Shown: one piece after another, positions 1 through 9,288 of the stretch
Layout of the letters: every line of letters begins with the position of its first letter
Numbering within the stretch: the first letter of the stretch is position 1
Source: an uncultured cyanobacterium
Lineage (GTDB): Bacteria > Cyanobacteriota > Cyanobacteriia > Cyanobacteriales > Microcystaceae
DNA: 45,358 bases
Assembly (NCBI GenBank): GCA_963807635.1
Contig: CAWEDJ010000100.1
Span: 1 to 45,358, forward strand
Reading direction: 5' to 3'
Notes under the pieces: generated by a model
Told to the model about the DNA's origin: nothing
The model's input: only the letters and a program-made list of their open reading frames with translations
Databases searched by the model: none
Position numbers and translations under genes: made by a program

Positions 1-324
1 GTCTTTATTGAGCAAGTATTATTACCTCAGTTATGGGCAGGGGCAATTGTCGTGATGGATAATTTGTCTGTACATTACGCTACCGTCACTACAAATCTGA
101 TTGAATCTGTTGGAGCCAAGGTTAAATTTTTACCTTCCTATTCGCCAGATTTATCACCAATTGAGTTGTGTTGGTCTAAATTAAAAGAAATTATTCGCTC
201 TGCTAAAGCTCGAACAATCGAGGCTCTTGACGAAGCTATTACTAATGCGATCAATACCATTACTGATGAAAATGCTCTTGATTGGTTCCAACATTGTGGT
301 CTCTACTTTGAGCCTTTGAGATAG
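1..324 (+). CDS. IS630-family transposase, C-terminal part (5' end outside the window)
   Basis: The motifs VVMDNLSVH and FLPSYSPDLSPIELCWSKLK are typical of the IS630/Tc1 DDE domain. Confidence 0.9.
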   Translation, partial: VFIEQVLLPQLWAGAIVVMDNLSVHYATVTTNLIESVGAKVKFLPSYSPDLSPIELCWSKLKEIIRSAKARTIEALDEAITNAINTITDENALDWFQHCGLYFEPLR

Positions 325-359
325 CTTTTTCGTGGTGCGTTTGATCGGAAATTGCTGTA
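1..359 (+). mobile_element. Right end of an IS630-family insertion sequence
   Basis: The transposase is followed by ...GATCGGAAATTGCTG-TA (343-359), resembling an IS630 terminus ending in the TA target dinucleotide. The left end is not visible, so the boundary is unconfirmed. Confidence 0.6.
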
Positions 360-411
360 AAATGACTATATAATAAAAAATGATTCAAAATAACTAATGA
401 TATAGACCCCC

Positions 412-1536
412 ATGAGTGAGTATCAATATTACGAATTCCAGTGCGTTGATAGACCGCTTAATGCTAAGGAAAAACAAGAAATTAGTCAAATATCAAGTCG
501 AGCTAAAGTTACATCGACTCAAGCAATTTTTAATTATAGTTATGGTGATTTTTCCTATAAACCTGAAAAATTCTTGGCTCAATATTTCGATTTGATGTAC
601 TACATCGCGAATTGGGGAACCCAACAATTGATGTTTCGTTTTCCCAAGGATCTTATTTCTTTAAAGGCGATCGCGCCCTATTGTTCCTATCGATTTATTG
701 ATCACTCTAGTATGGGCGATTGGGTGATTTTAAATTGGGAATTTAGTCAAGAAGAAGGATTTTACGATTGGATTGAAGGCGAAGGAACGCTGTCTGAATT
801 GGTGGCGTTGCGACAAGAACTATTGGAGGGAGATTATCGGGGGCTTTATCTGGCTTGGTTAAAATCGATTACTTTGGCAAAGGAAGAAGAGGATATTGAT
901 TTATCTGAATTAGAGCCGCCTGTTCCTGCTGGTTTGAAGCAGCTTTCTCCTGCCCAAACTGCTTTTGTGGAAACCTTCGACATTGATGAAAACTTATTGG
1001 CCGTAGCCGCGACTGCCAGTCATAGTCTTTCTCCTAGTTCCGATGAATCTCTCCAAAATGCGATCGCGTCCCTATCTCGTTCTGAGTGCGATCGTTGGCT
1101 CTTAAAATTAGCAAAAGGACAAACCAATCTATCAGCTAAATTGAATCAAAAATTGTCTGAATCCATCGGAAAAAAGGCTCCGATTGAATCTGGGAAGCGC
1201 ACGATTCAACAACTATTTGATCTAGCAGAAGCGGAAAAAGAACGGGTTGAAAAAGTAGAAAAAGAAGCGGCCCAAGCTCAACGAATTAAAGCTTTACAAG
1301 CATTAGCTCCACGAGAGTCCCAAGTTTGGGAAGAAGTAGATAATTTACTCATCAAAGCCCAGAGCAATACCTATGATCAAGCAGTTAAGTTATTAGTCCA
1401 GTTACAGGATTTAGCGAGATATCGGGAAGATTATCTTCCTTTTCAGCAACGGTTGAAAGCCATTCGCACAAAATATAGCCGTCGCACTGGATTACTTGAA
1501 CGTTTAAACAAAGCGGGCCTTTTTTCGTCTTCCTAG
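412..1536 (+). CDS. Conserved hypothetical protein (MSEYQYYEF family) with a helical/coiled-coil C-terminus
   Basis: 374-aa ORF with the motifs SEYQYYEFQxxDRPL, YIANWGT and GDYRxLYLAWL, which I recognise from an uncharacterised widespread family. No function assigned. Confidence 0.8.
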   Translation: MSEYQYYEFQCVDRPLNAKEKQEISQISSRAKVTSTQAIFNYSYGDFSYKPEKFLAQYFDLMYYIANWGTQQLMFRFPKDLISLKAIAPYCSYRFIDHSSMGDWVILNWEFSQEEGFYDWIEGEGTLSELVALRQELLEGDYRGLYLAWLKSITLAKEEEDIDLSELEPPVPAGLKQLSPAQTAFVETFDIDENLLAVAATASHSLSPSSDESLQNAIASLSRSECDRWLLKLAKGQTNLSAKLNQKLSESIGKKAPIESGKRTIQQLFDLAEAEKERVEKVEKEAAQAQRIKALQALAPRESQVWEEVDNLLIKAQSNTYDQAVKLLVQLQDLARYREDYLPFQQRLKAIRTKYSRRTGLLERLNKAGLFSSS

Positions 1537-1547
1537 ACTTCTTTCAT

Positions 1548-1645
1548 CTATTTGTTCAATTTGTTTAATAATAATTTCAAATTAATTAATAACAACGCGA
1601 TCGCGTCCTTGATCTTTAGCCAGATAAAGAGATTGATCGGCTTGA
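1548..1645 (-). repeat. 98-bp diverged direct repeat of 4093-4190 (orphan 3' end of a GGDEF gene)
   Basis: Aligns without gaps to 4093-4190. The minus strand encodes QADQSLYLAKDQGRDRVVIN*, compared with QADQVLYLAKNQGRNRVGIN* in the intact gene. Confidence 0.9.
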
Positions 1646-1720
1646 TGATTCAAAACAAAAAGGCGCATTGAGTAACGCACCTTACAGCGATGGTGATCGC
1701 AGTATATCAAGGCGATCACA

Positions 1721-1939
1721 CTACAATTTTTCCCATTCATCTCGGCTAATATGAGCTTGTTTTAGGATTTTGCTCAATAAACCTATACTAATGTCCGCCT
1801 GATGAGGATTAGGAATCGTGAGTTTGAGTTCTCCCTTAACCAAGTATTGATGTTTACCACCTGAATAAGGCCCTTCAAAGCCTACTTTTTTAAGAAAAAT
1901 AACCAGTTCCCGCCATTTTATGGCTTTCCAAGTAGGCCT
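1721..1939 (-). pseudogene. hicA: HicA-family mRNA interferase toxin with its start codon lost (ATG>AGG)
   Basis: Manual translation gives (R)PTWKAIKWRELVIFLKKVGFEGPYSGGKHQYLVKGELKLTIPNPHQADISIGLLSKILKQAHISRDEWEKL*. It has the HicA GxH and IPxH motifs. The expected TGATG stop/start overlap reads TGAGG. Absent from the ORF track. Confidence 0.85.
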
Positions 1940-2181
1940 CAGGCAACCTCTTGGAGGGAATTTAAACCGACACCATCAAGCACGGGGAATTGATGACCCA
2001 AACGAATTCCCAAGATAACCCAGCCTTCTAAAGCATCTTGCAAGTTTTCTCGACAGGATTCTAGGGTGTTAGCTTGACTTCAAACACCTTCACAATCAGG
2101 AATTTCCCCATAAAAAGTACCGTCTTCTAGTAACTCATAGGTTGCCTTTTGCATAGCTTTGGCAATGTATTCAGTTATCAT
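1939..2181 (-). pseudogene. hicB: HicB-family antitoxin with an internal in-frame stop
   Basis: MITEYIAKAMQKATYELLEDGTFYGEIPDCEGV*SQANTLESCRENLQDALEGWVILGIRLGHQFPVLDGVGLNSLQEVA*. The TGA at 2082-2080 lies where Trp (TGG) is expected. Confidence 0.85.
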
Positions 2182-2208
2182 CACTGTTTGCTCAAACGAA
2201 TCTAAGTA

Positions 2209-3859
2209 GAGCTTGCTGAAAAAAGCTGAAAGCCTTATAAGAAAAGAGATGAGGGGATTTAGAGAGCAAAAAAAGTGCAAAAAAAAGGTCTAAAATGAGT
2301 GAAAAGGCTTGCACCCCTCCCCTTCCAGAGCATTGAACGATGTACCCCAAAAAAGAATCCGAAAAATCGACTGTTGAAAACTTCAAAATACCAAGTGAGT
2401 GGAAGCCAAAAGAAGAAAATCGTTGGGTAATCATGTCAAAAATAATTCCGTGGGAGGAATTTGAAGAAGAATATGCAAAACAATTTTCAGAAAATAAAGG
2501 AGCGACAGCCAAACCATTTAGGATGGCATTAGGGTCATTAATAATAAAAGAAATATTGAGAATAAGTGACCGAGAAACAGTAGAACAAATAAAAGAAAAC
2601 CCTTACTTACAATATTTTATAGGACTAGAAGTATATGAAAATGAGGAGGCATTTGATGCGTCACTGTTAGTACATTTCCGTCAAAGAATAGGAATGGACT
2701 TGGTGAATCAAATAAATAAAGCAATGGTAAAAAAAGAAGAAGAAATATTATCAGAAGTAAAAGAAAAAAGTGAAGGGGAAAATCAGAATAGAGGAAAGCT
2801 ATTAATAGATGCAACCTGTGCACCAGCAGACATCAAATATCCAACAGATATAGGAATCTTGAATGAGGCAAGAGAAAAAACCGAAAAAATAATAGACAAC
2901 TTGTATAAAAAAACTAAAAAAAAAGGAAAAAAACCAAGAACCTATAGAATAAGAGCCAGAAAAGATTACTTAAAATTGTCAAAAAAAACGCCGTCCGTCG
3001 AGAAAAGAAAGGAGAAAGGGCATAAAAAAACAAATCCAATATATCAAAAGAAACCTTTCCCATATAGAAAAATTAAGAGAAGATAAAGAGGTCGCAAAAT
3101 TAAGTAAAAAAGACGAAAAGATACTGTCGATAATACAAAAAGCCTATGAGCAACAAGTAGGAATGTATGAAAATAAAGAAAATAAGGTAGAAAATAGAAT
3201 TGTGAGTTTGACTCAACCTCATGTTCGTCCCATTGTTAGAGGAAAAGCGGGAACGCCAGTAGAGTTTGGTGCAAAACTATCAGCAAGTTATGTGAATGGA
3301 TATCTTTATTTATACCGATTAAGTTGGGATAATTATAATGAATCAGGCGACTTCAAAGGACAAATAGAAGAGTTTAAACGTGAGACAGGCTACTATCCCC
3401 AGTCTGTTCATGCTGATGCAATCTATCGCACAAGGGAAAATCGCGCTTTTTGTAAGGAGAAGGGAATTCGATTGAGTGGCCCACCCTTGGGAAGACGACC
3501 CACAAATATTAGTCCAGAAAAAAAGAAAGAAGCTCTTCAAGATGAAAGAGACCGTAATGCTATTGAAGGCAAATTTGGTCAAGCAAAGAGACGATTTAGC
3601 CTCAATCGAGTTATGACAAAACTTCCTGATACCTCTGAAACCGCTATTGCTATCACCTTTTTAGTCATCAATCTTTTTGCCCTGCTTCGGCAGGTTTTAC
3701 GTTTTTTTTGTCTTTTTCGGAAGAAGAGCTTATTTTTCTGCCCTCTTATTAGCCCAGCTTATGCTTTGTGTTGACAATTCATTTAACCCTTATGTTTTAC
3801 TCGCCTTAAATTCATAAATTAATCCCCTCTTCCTGTTTTTTGACTTTTTCAGCAAGCCC
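2209..3859 (+). mobile_element. IS5-family insertion sequence, 1651 bp, with terminal inverted repeats and target-site duplication
   Basis: Left IR GAGCTTGCTGAAAAAAG; right IR (reverse complement) GGGCTTGCTGAAAAAG. Flanked by the direct repeat TAAGTA (2203-2208 and 3860-3865). Confidence 0.92.
2340..3774 (+). CDS. IS5-family transposase, split by a frameshift in the A8 run at 2981-2988
   Basis: Motifs SDRETVEQIKENPYLQYFIG, LIDATCAPADI, RPIVRGKAGTPVEFGAK and RNAIEGKFGQAKRR. Removing one A restores SKKRRPS... and joins ORFs 2340-3086 and 3163-3774. Confidence 0.9.
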
Positions 3860-3957
3860 TAAGTATCGTAACAATTTTTGAGCTAAATATTTTTTAACTC
3901 CTACGTTAAGGATGAAAGCGATGATTGCAGTATTCAGTTTGGTAATGGCAACCATTT

Positions 3958-4084
3958 GTAGATTAAGCAACCTTAGGTTAAGGAACGCAACCCAACGAAT
4001 TAAGCGAGAATGATGTTAATTAATTTTGGAAGAGAATATTGTTTGTGTGGAAATGTTGGGTTTCCGTTTGTCAAACCAACCTAC
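3958..4084. repeat. Inverted pair of degenerate GTAG-type REP-like elements
   Basis: GTAG...GGTTAAGGAACGCAACCCAAC (3958-3996) faces GTTGGGTTTCCGTTTGTCAAACCAACCTAC (4055-4084). Confidence 0.55.
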
Positions 4085-4126
4085 AGCGATGGCTATTTGT
4101 TCAATTTGTTTAATAATAATTTTAAA

Positions 4127-5494
4127 TTAATTAATACCCACGCGATTGCGTCCTTGATTTTTTGCCAGATAAAGAACTTGATCAGCTTGAAAAATTAAAT
4201 CTTCTAAACAATTTTCTGGATTAGGAATCAGACTGGCGACCCCTAAACTGATGGTGATCTTTTTACTAATATTTGATTGGGCATGGGGAATATTTAAAGC
4301 AGCGATCGCTTTTTTCATCGACTCTGCCACGATGAGAGCTTTTTGTGCGTTAGTATTGGGTAAAATAGCAACAAATTCTTCTCCTCCATAACGTGCCACT
4401 AAATCTGTTGCCCTTTGAGGTACTTTTGCCAGGGTTTGAGCGACTTGAATTAAACAATCATCGCCCCCTTGGTGTCCGTAATGATTATTATAATTTTTGA
4501 AATAATCAATATCAATTAAAATAAGGGCTAAAGGTTTATTTTCGCGCTGGTGTCGTTGCCATTCAATAGCTAAATAATCATCAAAACGGCGACGGTTGGC
4601 AATCTGAGTTAATCCATCTATATTAGCAATTAATTTTAATTTTTTGTTAGCGGCTTGCAGTTCTAATTCCATTTTCTTTCTGTTGCTAATATCGCGTACC
4701 GTAATCGCAAAACCATCCCCTAACTTTACGGCAACAAAATGATACCAATTAGAGTTTGAGTTTTCAATGGGAAAGTAAATATCTTGTTCTAAAAAAATAC
4801 CCGTTTCGACCACAGCCACAAATTTTTCAAAAAGTTGAGTATCCAGACGATGAAGAAAACGTTTAAGCGAAGCTTTACCAATTAACTCCTCACGATTTTT
4901 ATTAAAGGCCTTAGAAAGAATAGGATTAACCACTAAGCAACGAAAATCTTCAATATTACCTGTTTTGGGATCACGGATTGCTTGTAGGACGGCAATACCA
5001 TCTAATGCAGAATTTAAAACACTAGAAAGTAAAGCTCTGGATTGATAGAGAACTTCCTCCGTTTCACGCCGTTTTTTGACTTCCTGTTGTAATGCTACTT
5101 TTTGACGTTGAATGGTTAACTGGCATTCTACACGGGCTACCACTTCTTCAATTTGAAAAGGTTTAGTCACATAGTCAATCCCACCATATTCAAAGGCTTT
5201 TACCTTATCAAAAGTATCATCTAAGGCACTAATAAAAATAATCGGAATATCGCGTAATGCTTCATCAGTTTTAATCGCTTCACAAACTTGATAGCCATCC
5301 ATGTCTGGCATTTTTATGTCTAACAAAATCAAGTCAGATTGCTTAACTTTTAGGGTCTTTAGGGCCATTTTGCCACTGGTGACACTCCGCACAGTATAAC
5401 CGAGTGTAGTTAATAAATCGCTCAGTAATTGTAGATTATTCGGAAGATCATCTACTAGTAAAATATTGCCTTTAGTTTGGACGAATTCATTCAT
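4127..5494 (-). CDS. Response-regulator diguanylate cyclase (REC - PAS-like - GGDEF)
   Basis: N-terminal receiver (ILLVDD, LILLDIKMP, DYVTKP), then DGLTQIANRR, an RxxD I-site (RATD) and an intact GGEEF. Confidence 0.93.
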   Translation of the reverse strand: MNEFVQTKGNILLVDDLPNNLQLLSDLLTTLGYTVRSVTSGKMALKTLKVKQSDLILLDIKMPDMDGYQVCEAIKTDEALRDIPIIFISALDDTFDKVKAFEYGGIDYVTKPFQIEEVVARVECQLTIQRQKVALQQEVKKRRETEEVLYQSRALLSSVLNSALDGIAVLQAIRDPKTGNIEDFRCLVVNPILSKAFNKNREELIGKASLKRFLHRLDTQLFEKFVAVVETGIFLEQDIYFPIENSNSNWYHFVAVKLGDGFAITVRDISNRKKMELELQAANKKLKLIANIDGLTQIANRRRFDDYLAIEWQRHQRENKPLALILIDIDYFKNYNNHYGHQGGDDCLIQVAQTLAKVPQRATDLVARYGGEEFVAILPNTNAQKALIVAESMKKAIAALNIPHAQSNISKKITISLGVASLIPNPENCLEDLIFQADQVLYLAKNQGRNRVGIN

Positions 5495-5515
5495 AAATAA
5501 AACCTAAAATTGATT

Positions 5516-8284
5516 TTAATCTTCTAAAAGTGGATTAATTAAATCAAATATTTGCTCAAATTCAAATTTACGAACTAATTTAGTCAGGCTTTGAGTGAGA
5601 AAGATTTCGGTACTAGAAATTTCTCCAATGAGGGTAATCACCTCTTCTGTATTTGCCTCAAGGGCGGCTTCTGATAGTTGTCTTAACCATTGCTGAGGCA
5701 TGATTTCAAAATTCTTTGTACTTAACTTTGCTGTTTCTAAACTAGAATGATCCTGCTCTTGATTTTGTTCATAAATATATGTTACTCCTAAATGCTTAGT
5801 TAATGCCTCAAAAATCATATTTTCTTTAAAAGGCTTACGAATAAAATCATCACATCCTGCTGAAAGCACGATCACTTTTTCTTCTTCCAATACACTAGCA
5901 GTTAAGGCCACCACTGCTGTTGCACTACCTTTAACCTGAGCTTTAATATATTTTGTGGCTTCATAACCATCCATTACAGGCATTCTCATATCCATAAAAA
6001 TTAAGTGGGGTTCCCATGCTTCCCAAATTGCGATCGCTTCTTGACCATTAGCGGCTTCTTTTACTTCAAATCCTAATGGTGTAAGCAATTTAACTAATAA
6101 TTGGCAATTAATGGGTTTGTCATCTACCGCCAAAATTTTGTAAATAGGTTGATCGGGAGCTAGGGCTAAAACTCGTTGTGTTGATTTGTTGCTTTCTTGA
6201 GTTTCTTTTCCTAATTTTACCTGAATTGAAAAGTTAAAAGTTGTGCCTTGATTGAGTTCACTTTTTACGGCAATATCTCCTCCCATTAATTGGACAAATT
6301 GACGACTAATCACTAATCCTAATCCTGTTCCCTCTTGACTTTCTTTGCCACTTTCTGTTTGCGAAAAAGCCTCGAATAACTTGCTTAATTCTTCTTGGGA
6401 AATTCCTTTTCCTGTGTCTTTGACAGTGAATTGTAAAAAATGATTTTCTGTTAGTAAAGGAGGATCGTATCTAACACTTAAAATGACTTCACCTTTCTGA
6501 GTAAATTTAATAGCATTCCCCAATAAATTGAGTAAAATTTGACGTAATTTTATCCCATCGGCGTAAATATAACGAGGTAAATTATCACCACGATCAAAGA
6601 TTAATTCTAAACCTGCATCAAACGCCTTTAAATATAACATATCTTCCAAGTTATCTAATAATTGATCTAGGTCAAAATCTTTTTGATTTAAAGTGGTTTT
6701 TCCCGCTTCAATCTTAGAAAAATCAAGAACGTTATTAATTAAGGTTAATAAATATTCTCCACTTCTTTGAATGATTCCTGCATTTTCGTATTGTTCTTTA
6801 GGTAAGTTTTTCGTGCGTAATATTAATTGAGAAAAGCCAATAACTGCATTTAATGGACTCCGCAATTCATGGCTCATATTGGCAATAAATGAACTTTTAG
6901 CTTGATTAGCAATTTCGACTTTTTTCTTCTCAATGACCAACTCTGCTGTGCGTTGTTCTACCCGATTTTCTAATGAATCAAGTATTGTTTTTAATTGATT
7001 TGCCATACTATAAAAAGAATCAGCAAACGTGTTTATTTCAGTAATCGCCTGGTTATTAAAAATCCGATTAGTCTGATTGTTTTCATATTGCCATTCCCCC
7101 TGTGCAATGGCTTTACTGGCCTGACTTAATTGCTTGATGGGTTTTGTCACCCAATTGGTTATGACCAGTCCAAACCCTATAGCAATAACGAGAGTAAAAA
7201 AACAAAGTAAGATAGTTATTTTAGTATTGGCATTGATCTCTTCCATAAAATCTGATTCAGGAATAACTGTTACTAATAACCAATTTAAACCGTATTTATC
7301 TCGATAAGGTTCCACTTGAGCTAATAGTTTTCTATGAGCTAATGAAGCAGATAAAAAAGTCTTCATTTGAATTTTTGCTAAGTTGCCATAGTCTTGTTTC
7401 AATTGAAGAGCGATCGCCTGGGTAACAGGATCTTGGCTTTTAGTTGCAGCTAAACGAATGGGCGGTTTAGGTTGTTGACGAATAAAAGGGATTTCGGTCG
7501 TAGAAGTCGCGACTAAATCCCCCGAAGGTTCCAGAATAAAGGCTTGTCCAGAGGGTGAAAAATCAAGCTGTTTTAAAAAAGTTCCTAAATCTGCCAAAGC
7601 TACTGAGTTTGCTAATATAAACTGTTGTTTTTTCTCTGTATTATAAATAGAAATGCCCATGCTAATACCGAGGGTGGGAATGACACGATAAGGAAAAATG
7701 GGTGACCAGCTTGGTTGAGTCTTATTTTTCGCGGACAGATACCAGGACGTTGTACGGGGATCTACAGGCATCGTATAAATGTTTTTTCTTACCCTACCTT
7801 GACGATCCACAAGAGAATAAATCCGTTGGTTTGGGTGACTCAGGGTAATGGTTCCCAAGATACTCTCTCCTGGTTGCAGTGTTTCTCCCGACAACTTTTC
7901 TGCTTGTTTAATTATTTCAGGACTAAAAAAACGAACATAAGAAACTTCTTCTCCTTGCTCATTGGCGATAAAGCTATTGGCCACAAATGAGGAGGAGTTA
8001 ATCTGTTGCCATAGATGTTGCCTGATGGCTTCGGGGTTGTTGATTTTCAGCGTCCCCTGCTCAATGGACTGAGCACCAAAGACCAATGCTTGATGTTGTT
8101 CTTGCAGAACCAGATCGAGGCGATCGCGGATGCGACCATTGGCCTGATTCATTACCTGATGCGCCAAATTCTTTACGGCGTTTTGGCCACTGCGATAGGA
8201 CAAATAGCCAACAAGTCCAACCGCGCCCACAACTTGCAGAACAAAAGGAATGATCAAGACTAATTTCAGAGGAATTTGTCGCAT
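5516..8284 (-). CDS. Hybrid sensor histidine kinase (TM - Cache-like - TM - HAMP - HisKA - HATPase - REC)
   Basis: H-box ANMSHELRSPLNA, N-box NLLGNAIKFT, G-boxes DTGKGI and GTGLGL, and a receiver with AVDD and FMDMRMP. Confidence 0.93.
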   Translation of the reverse strand: MRQIPLKLVLIIPFVLQVVGAVGLVGYLSYRSGQNAVKNLAHQVMNQANGRIRDRLDLVLQEQHQALVFGAQSIEQGTLKINNPEAIRQHLWQQINSSSFVANSFIANEQGEEVSYVRFFSPEIIKQAEKLSGETLQPGESILGTITLSHPNQRIYSLVDRQGRVRKNIYTMPVDPRTTSWYLSAKNKTQPSWSPIFPYRVIPTLGISMGISIYNTEKKQQFILANSVALADLGTFLKQLDFSPSGQAFILEPSGDLVATSTTEIPFIRQQPKPPIRLAATKSQDPVTQAIALQLKQDYGNLAKIQMKTFLSASLAHRKLLAQVEPYRDKYGLNWLLVTVIPESDFMEEINANTKITILLCFFTLVIAIGFGLVITNWVTKPIKQLSQASKAIAQGEWQYENNQTNRIFNNQAITEINTFADSFYSMANQLKTILDSLENRVEQRTAELVIEKKKVEIANQAKSSFIANMSHELRSPLNAVIGFSQLILRTKNLPKEQYENAGIIQRSGEYLLTLINNVLDFSKIEAGKTTLNQKDFDLDQLLDNLEDMLYLKAFDAGLELIFDRGDNLPRYIYADGIKLRQILLNLLGNAIKFTQKGEVILSVRYDPPLLTENHFLQFTVKDTGKGISQEELSKLFEAFSQTESGKESQEGTGLGLVISRQFVQLMGGDIAVKSELNQGTTFNFSIQVKLGKETQESNKSTQRVLALAPDQPIYKILAVDDKPINCQLLVKLLTPLGFEVKEAANGQEAIAIWEAWEPHLIFMDMRMPVMDGYEATKYIKAQVKGSATAVVALTASVLEEEKVIVLSAGCDDFIRKPFKENMIFEALTKHLGVTYIYEQNQEQDHSSLETAKLSTKNFEIMPQQWLRQLSEAALEANTEEVITLIGEISSTEIFLTQSLTKLVRKFEFEQIFDLINPLLED

Positions 8285-8300
8285 CTTTGAAAAAGTTATT

Positions 8301-8419
8301 CTAAGTTAATACTCACGCGATCGCGCCCTGAGTTTTAACCGTATAAAGAGCAAGTTACTCAGTAATTGGAGATTTTCAAGAAGATCATCTACAAGCAAAA
8401 TATTGCGTTTAGTTGGAAT
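8301..8419 (-). pseudogene. Internally deleted relic of a REC-GGDEF gene (5' end joined to 3' end)
   Basis: The minus strand reads IPTKRNILLVDDLLENLQLLSNLL, then out of frame ALYTVKTQ(G)RDRVSINL. These match the first and last ~20 aa of the 4127-5494 protein. Confidence 0.75.
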
Positions 8420-8456
8420 AGATTCGAGTATAAAAATAATAGAATAATTTTATAGC

Positions 8457-8829
8457 TTATAAAGTAATCGGTAAAAAAATGATTTGATCCTGATATTCAT
8501 CAGCGAAAGAGATTTCAGCAATAAGCAATAAGCAATAACTCTTCTATATTTTCACCAATAGTTAACTGAGGATCAAGAATAAAAATACCAGGAATATGTC
8601 TATCTTGCTGAAGATGATCTTTTAAATGAACAGGCATTGAACGTCTGTTATTAGTGACTAAAATAAAATCATACTCCTCGCACCAGACTAATATTTCGGG
8701 GTCTTTCGTTCCTCTTTTCGGTGTTAGAGGTTCTCCGATGACTAAAACAACTAACTCAGGTCGTTTTAATCTTAGCTGAGTTGGATAGAGAGGATTTACA
8801 TTTTCATCTACTAAATATTTAAGAGACAT
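8457..8829 (-). pseudogene. DUF5615 PIN-like toxin, truncated by a 7-bp tandem duplication
   Basis: Motifs YLVDEN, DPEILVWC and LVTNNRRSMPVHL. The current frame stops at 8515. Deleting one GCAATAA unit (8518-8538) restores ...LLLIAEISFADEYQDQIIFLPITL* (121 aa). Confidence 0.8.
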
Positions 8830-9157
8830 GAATTTGAGATTGACTTAATTTTTGTTGATACATTTTTTTAAATCTAGTCACAGAAGAGGGCGGACTTAAT
8901 TGCTGTTTTTTTCTTTGTTGATGACCCCATTCTAACCAGTCTGTGATGTATTGACTGACTGCTTCTTGATTGTGTAAATAGTAAAGGATGGTAGCATAAA
9001 TTTGTTCCATGCTAATTCCAGAAAAGTGTTTGATAATTTCTTCAGGCGATCGCTGTTTATAGATGTATTCATAAAGAATACTTTCAATACCAACTCTGGT
9101 GCCTTTTAGCCGAATATCATCCTCGGAGCAGAATTCAAAATATTCTTCTAGTTGCAT
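8819..9157 (-). CDS. DUF433 domain protein (putative antitoxin)
   Basis: IRLKGTRVGIESIL and SMEQIYATILYYLHN motifs; overlaps the downstream DUF5615 gene. Confidence 0.85.
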   Translation of the reverse strand: MQLEEYFEFCSEDDIRLKGTRVGIESILYEYIYKQRSPEEIIKHFSGISMEQIYATILYYLHNQEAVSQYITDWLEWGHQQRKKQQLSPPSSVTRFKKMYQQKLSQSQIHVS

Positions 9158-9288
9158 AACGTAATTTCCTGTGATTTTGAATAATTGATTTAGTCGTTCA
9201 TCTATTCAGTTTTTAAAAATATCAAATCAGAGGGAATCAGGCAAGCAAAATCGCATTCAAAACCCATTTCCTCCAAATCTCTTAAAAA

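Noticed and set aside
2080..2082. TGA recoding (Trp or selenocysteine) in hicB
   Set aside because: TGA is used as a normal stop elsewhere (phoU, hicB end) and Trp is encoded by TGG throughout.
2981..2988. Programmed ribosomal frameshift in the IS5 transposase
   Set aside because: The break needs removal of one A (a +1 shift) in a homopolymer, in a sequence with many other indels. An error or mutation is the simpler explanation.
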